From NCBI GenBank assembly GCA_963575745.1, contig CAUYUJ010000212.1, positions 1 to 64,000 of the forward strand: a DNA stretch of 64,000 bases, in the 5' to 3' direction. The position numbers and the translations under genes were made by a program. Positions 58,778-64,000 of this stretch are shown here, one piece after another; positions within the stretch are counted from its first letter, which is position 1; each line of letters opens with the position of its first letter. The DNA comes from Prorocentrum cordatum. Taxonomy: Eukaryota. The notes beneath the pieces were generated by a model. That model made no database searches, was not told the origin of the DNA, and was given only the letters and a program-made list of their open reading frames with translations.

Positions 58778-60106
58778 TCAAGCCGCCGCGCCGACAGTCT
58801 TCTGGAGCTGACAGATGCGAAGCGCTAGCTTCCATAGTCGATCGACCTCCTCTTTGCTTGAGTGCGTCCAGGTGATCTGCAACCCCTTCTGGCCGTTGAC
58901 CCTCAGCCCATCTGGAACATCAGCAGGAAGCTCGAAGACGTCTGTGACGTAAAAAAATCGTTCAGCTTTTTTCCGCGACAGCGTGATCTGCATTTTGCTG
59001 GCACGGTTCACCATTTTCTCGTAGTCGCCCTGTGTTCGGGTCGTACGCGTAGGTCTTCTTGCCGGCCTCGAGCTCGAAGGTGGCCGCCGCATCAGGCGGC
59101 AACATGTCCCGTCCTGCTTGCAACATCTCGTCCAACGTCTTCCCCTCAGGCCCATGATCGCCCTCCTCCTGCGCCTCCTCAGCGGGAGCCGCCTTCTCAC
59201 CAGGAGGCGCGATTTCTCCTTCACAGGCTGCTGGCTTCTTCACAGGTGGCTTCACTTTAGGTTTAGCTGCAGCTGGCCTCTTCTTCGGTCGTGCACTCTT
59301 TTTTGGTACTCCGACAGGGACAGGGGCCAACAAGTTCTTCTTGTCTTCGCTGATCTACATCGATGGAATCTCGGTAAGCATGGCATCTTCCACTCCTGCG
59401 TTCTTGAAGATGGCAACTGCAAAGCCCCCCTCGCCGCTCTTGAAACTGTCGGCCCCCAGGCGGCCCCCGTCCGACATCAGCGCGAAGGCGCGCATCCCCG
59501 TTCCCACGGGCTCGACGCACTTGAAGATGATGGTTGGTGCGTCGGCATCTGGCTCCACGTCAGCTGGGGAATCTTGATCTCCACGAAAAGCAAGCAAGGG
59601 TGCGGCCGTGAATTCTCAGCAGCAGCCATCTGGTCAGTCGCGTCGGTGGGCTCGATCATGTTGTAGATGTCCTGGAGCCACTGAGGGTGATTTTTTGTGA
59701 CGTTCGAGCCCGATGCCAATGCCTTGTAGCGATCGCACCTCTCCCGAACGTGGCTGAGCATCACTCGATACGTATATGCCATCATATCCATGGTTTGCTG
59801 GAAGTCTGTCATTTTGTTGCTGACGCCCCAGTCAAGTAGCTCCACTCTGCGATGTGCCCACCTCTGGACTAATGCATTCTTAATATCACTTTGTTTGAAG
59901 AAACCTCCACGCTTGTCGATCTGAATGAGCGCCGTCAACGTTGCCACATGGGTGTGAAGGCCTGCGTTACCAATGTCCGCCCGCATGTCTCGGCTCGCAT
60001 ACTCTGGGAAGGGTCCGTCTTTGGGAAAACATTCTAAGAGCATCTCGGAGAGACCATCGCACTGAAATGTGCGCGTGCGCGGGCGCTTCCTGCGCGGTGA
60101 GCTCAT
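58778..60106 (-). pseudogene. Transposon-borne hypothetical protein, multiply frameshifted
   Basis: Chain of ORFs 59477..60157, 59355..59597, 58962..59333 and 58778..59224. ATG at 60106 lies downstream of an SL-like relic at 60133-60153. Confidence 0.55.
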
Positions 60107-61792
60107 GCGTGTCGGATCCGTCGCGCCAACACCGCGAGCCAAAATGGCGATGGTCACGGATGTGTAACAAAACGAAATGTCGTTCCCGTTGCAGCGTTGG
60201 CCTCATTTTCAGGGTTCCGTTCGTTCCGCATTCTTCCACGCGCGGTGTTTTTACACACAGGATTGGGGGGTTACGTTCAGAATCTTGGTTCTGCCGAGCG
60301 GTGCCCTCTTCTGCTATGCCATGCCATGCTATGTCATGCTATTTGGTTGGCCATGCCCTGACTGTGCGAATTTCAGTGGATCCAGGTCTACGTCATGGTA
60401 AGGGATGGGAGGGCGGGGTCGGACATCAGATAAGACGCACGCGCACCTAGCTTGCCACCCCCCACTCCCCCTCCCCCTCCCCCCTCCTCCTCCTCCTCCT
60501 CCGCCTCCTCCTCCTCTTATTCCTCCTCCTCCTCGCCCTCCTCCTGCTCCTCCTCCACCTCTTGGGGCATCTGTCTGAGTCACGGCGTGCGCGCGTGGCG
60601 AGAGCATACGCATGAAACTTGCTCGGCCGCCCTCCGTCGGACATGGAGGAGGGGGGAACGTGGGTGCGGAGGACGTGGAGGTCTCGGGGGCGGGCGACGA
60701 CGATGGTGGCTGCGGCGAGGGACGGGATAAAGAGGATGGATGAGCAGGAAGAAAAGGAAACGAGGGTGGACGGAAAGGAAGAGCAGACTGACGAAGGAGG
60801 AGGAGGAGGAGGAGGAGAAGGAAGAGGAGGACGACTGTTTTTTGTTGGAACGCGGCGGGCGGGCCATCGCACGCAGACACAAGGCGCACACAACGAACCA
60901 GCAAAATTGAGCCCTCAGGAGGCCTCCTGCCAAACCAAGCGCTATCACAGGGAAAACGGCATGAACCGAAACCCCAACCACAGCACGCTGAGGCGTTCAA
61001 ACATGAACGCCAGACCTGCGAAGCACCACGCCTGCGACGCAAAGAGCGACGGGGCTGAACGAAACATCTGCTTCACGCCAACGTGAAACAGCTTTTCAAG
61101 ATAGGTGGCATTCATCGAACATGCGACGCAACAGTTTGGACAGCATAGCGATGGCGAGATACGCGAGGGCCCGCGGCTGCCGCACACAGCTTGCACAGCA
61201 TGCACCTCACTGCGTACAACAAGTTTTTCAGTCATAACACGATTGTCCCGAGATCGCCCCAATGTAATTCATGTTGCATTGAAGTGGCCCGCGCGCTCAC
61301 TCCTGCGATGATTTCGAATAAAACCATCGATTCGCAATATATTCGTTATACTTGCGCATGCCACTAATTTTTTAGTGGTATTCTACCTTGAGCAGTTCAC
61401 CACTGAATTTTTTAGTTGGGAACTAATTATTTTAGTGGCACCTCTAAACTTTAAGAGAATGGACGGGCTGGGTTTCGAAGGGAGAGGGAGGGGGGGAACG
61501 AGTTGGGACCCCCCAGTGACCCCCCCGGTTTTCCGCCAGCAGCGGTAGAACCCGGTTCTCGATGGGGGGGGTCGAACAGGTAGTGCCCCCCCCCCCCCCA
61601 GTTTCCGAGGGGGGGGGTCGAACCCGCAGCGAACCCCCCCCCCCTTTTCACAATGGACTGGGGGGAGGAGGGGTTCGAGCCGGCAATGACCCCATCCGGT
61701 TTTCGAGATGGGGGGCGGGGGGGGGGGCGGGTTGGGAACCCCCAGCGACGCCCCTCCGCCAGCAGCGGTAGAGCACGCTCCTTCCAGAGCAT

Positions 61793-63650
61793 GGATGAGA
61801 TCCCCCCAACGCGGCAACGCGTTCCTCCCGCCCCCAAGCCCCAGCGGCCATGGCACCCACTCCCCCGCGACGACCTCCACGTACTCCCGTTCCCCTCTGA
61901 GGCTGAGACGACCTGTTCCCTCGGGGCACGGGCGTTCGCATCCTGAAACGCCAGCGCCCCCGCGCCCCGCCGAGCCCCTGCGAGACGCGTTCGCCAAGAT
62001 CTCGCGAGCGCACCCCTCGGCCCCACTCGGAAGCATCCGCGCGCCAAAAACTCGGCCCAGCCACTCCGCCCGGAGGCCAGCATGAGCAAGAGGCACAACG
62101 TCCATGGCCAACGACAGCCCCCGGCGAACGCTGGGCCACCACGCCCGCGGAGCCCCCCTAGCCTTCGCGAAGAAGCGATACACGGCGGAGAAGACCGACA
62201 AGAGCGGGCGCCCCACTATGAAGAGGACGGCGCAGTGCCCGACGACGCGCGTCAGTTGCTGGGCCGATACCCTCGGCATCGCGAGCAGGGCCCAGGTGGC
62301 CAGGGTGAGCCGCCAAGCCCTCCGAGGCGCCGGAGAGACGGCCCCGCGGCGCCCGTCGATCACCCAGCCTAGCAGCTGCGCCTGAAGCGCTACCGGCCCC
62401 TCCTCGTGGACCCGCAGTCCACTCGAACGCAGCCCCGCCACAATGTCATCCGTCATCTGCTCTGCGACGGAGGGGCCCAGCGAGAGCGCGCCAAAATTGT
62501 CGACCGGCGCCAGCCCAGCGCGGTCGGCGGCCGACTCGGCCACCTGCCGGTAGACCGCGAGCGCGCGGGACCAACCCACGGGCAGGACCGCGAGCCGCGG
62601 CCAGACTTTCTGAGCCCGGCCCAGCCCCGCGCCAGCAGCCCGCCCCAGCCGCCACGCATCAAAGGGCGGCAGGGCGAAGCACGGGCGCCGCCCGGGGCGG
62701 CTCCAGGTTGTAGAAGGCGCCCGTGATATCGGCCGGAGCCGCCCACAGGTTGTCGCCGCGGGGGAGCTCCAACGCCGCCCGCGCCGCCCCGGCAGCCAAG
62801 CTAACGTCCGCGGGCGCGCCGAAACAAAAGTTATCGGACCCGGCATCCACGACAAGCCGCTGCCGCCCAGTCTTCTCGGGCACGCTGCAGAGAGCGACCT
62901 CGCGCGCCACGCCCCGAAGGTCGTCGACGAGGTCGATGGCCCGGCGTCGAGCAGCCGCGTCAGCAGGGCTGCGCAGCGCCGGAGGTCGCGCAAGGCCGCG
63001 TCCACGCACGGCTTCTTGAAGCCTGCTCAAACTGCCAAACTTCGTTCGATCGTCTGCAAGACCTTGCTCGTGATATCACGATAGACGTGGCGAAAGAACC
63101 CCGGGCTCCAGCGACCGGCCCAGCGCCGCGGAAACATTGCCAGGCGGGGGAAGCGAGAGCCGGGGAACGTCGATCGCCTCCGCCCTGGTCGACAGCGAGC
63201 CGTCGTACGACAGAATAGCTCGGAGCTCCCGGAGGGCTGCCGACGGCTCTAGGTCGCCCGGCGGGGGGCTCAGCTGCGAGACGGACGCCGCAATCCGATC
63301 CAGGCACCGCTGCCGCGCCGCGTTCGCGGCAGGCGGGCGGGCGCCACTGCCCCCAAGGCCGCTGAGGCCGCTGAGAGACTCCACCGCCTGCCTCACGAAC
63401 CACGGCGCCGACGCCGCCCGGCGCGCGCGCCCCCGCGTGCTGCGCGAGCCCCCGCCCCCAGCCAGTCCGCCGGGGTCGGCGGCAGCCGGCGCCGGCAGCG
63501 GAAACATGCCCCGCTGCCGATCTGCGCCCGCCGCGCCGCGCCTGCCATCCACATCCTCGCCGTCGCAAGCGAACGCCGAGGAAGGTCCTGCTGCCGCAGC
63601 ACCCAGAGAGGCAGGGCCACGGAGCCCCTCCGGGATCGAGTCCATCATGA
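61793..63650 (-). pseudogene. DIRS-like reverse transcriptase and N-terminal half of RNase H
   Basis: SVPEKTGRQRLVVDA, DITGAFYNL, VLPVGWS, VDNF, LLG and ADASEWG. Confidence 0.8.
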
Positions 63651-63689
63651 CTTCGGGCCCCTGGTTTTAGCCCCAGAGGCCCAGAGGCG

Positions 63690-64000
63690 GCCTCTGCTTC
63701 CTCCCGCAACTTGCGGGCGTTCTTCTTGAAGTGGCTGACGCGCTCGAGCTCCTTGCCGACGACGCCCAGGAGGGCTGGGCAAACCATGCTGCTCGGCCGG
63801 CTGGCCGCGCCGGTGCCACCCAGGAACGCGTTGGCCCCCTCCAGCGGCAGCTTCAACTGGCCGGCGCCCTGCCCCCGCTGCTTCTCGCCCCGGAAATGCT
63901 CGATAAGCTGCAACTTCCTCGCGAGCCGCTCGACCCCGACGAGGTTGGCCACATTGACCTCGTCGATGGCGGCCAAGTCTTCGAGCACCGCGCTGAGAGT
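63690..64000 (-). pseudogene. Gag-like ORF C-terminus of the DIRS-like element (partial)
   Basis: DEVNVANLVGVERLARKLQLIE...VCPALL...KKNARKLREE immediately upstream of the RT region. Confidence 0.5.

Larger units (their letters stand above)
48779..61472 (-). mobile_element. CACTA/EnSpm (CMC)-like DNA transposon, 12.7 kb, with about 650-bp TIRs
   Basis: 48779-~49440 is the inverted repeat of ~60800-61472. Termini are CCCAGCCC...GGGCTGGG with TTT on both flanks (2-3 bp TSD). An internal transposase remnant is present. Confidence 0.8.
47473..61784. mobile_element. Second copy of the non-autonomous TIR element (about 1.6 kb without its nested insert)
   Basis: TIRs GAGAGAGCGTGATCCACCGCCGCT and AGCAGCGGTAGAGCACGCTCCTTC. 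TSD CAGGGCAT (47465-47472) and CAGAGCAT (61785-61792). Confidence 0.8.
45590..64000 (-). mobile_element. Decayed DIRS-like (tyrosine-recombinase) retroelement with a DNMT domain, interrupted at 47473-61784 and running off the window end
   Basis: Domain order is gag-like, RT, RNase H, YR, MTase. The RNase H halves rejoin in frame (LIHAL|KYVLRD) when the insertion and one TSD copy are removed. Confidence 0.8.

Noticed and set aside
1..64000. tRNA, rRNA or true SL-RNA genes
   Set aside because: None was recognised. The SL-like matches are followed by UTR or ATG rather than an SL-RNA intron, so they were treated as relics.

Overview
Eukaryotic, GC-rich and repeat-dense DNA, most likely dinoflagellate. 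This is inferred from spliced-leader-like relics, a probable GA-AG intron and DNMT-carrying retroelements. Almost all of it is mobile elements and microsatellites. The centrepiece is a 15.9-kb Ty1/copia LTR retrotransposon (23219-39101, minus strand) with 252-bp LTRs, a CAGCT target-site duplication and a tRNA-iMet-type PBS. Its roughly 5,000-codon gag-pol frame has five breaks. Besides Gag/PR/IN/RT/RNaseH it encodes a Tpt1/KptA-like RNA 2'-phosphotransferase, a RING finger, one recognisable and one degenerate cytosine-methyltransferase-like domain, and N-terminal hydrophobic segments. Its sense strand carries at least 33 dispersed, covarying GC-NN-G-[GNRA]-C-N'N'-GC hairpins. The right third is a four-level nest: a DIRS-like YR/DNMT retroelement, split by a non-autonomous TIR element, split by a 12.7-kb CACTA-like transposon, which itself contains a 4-kb TIR element carrying a RING gene. 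The left third holds decayed genes (one transposase-like) and simple repeats. All calls come from reading motifs by eye; no database searches were run.
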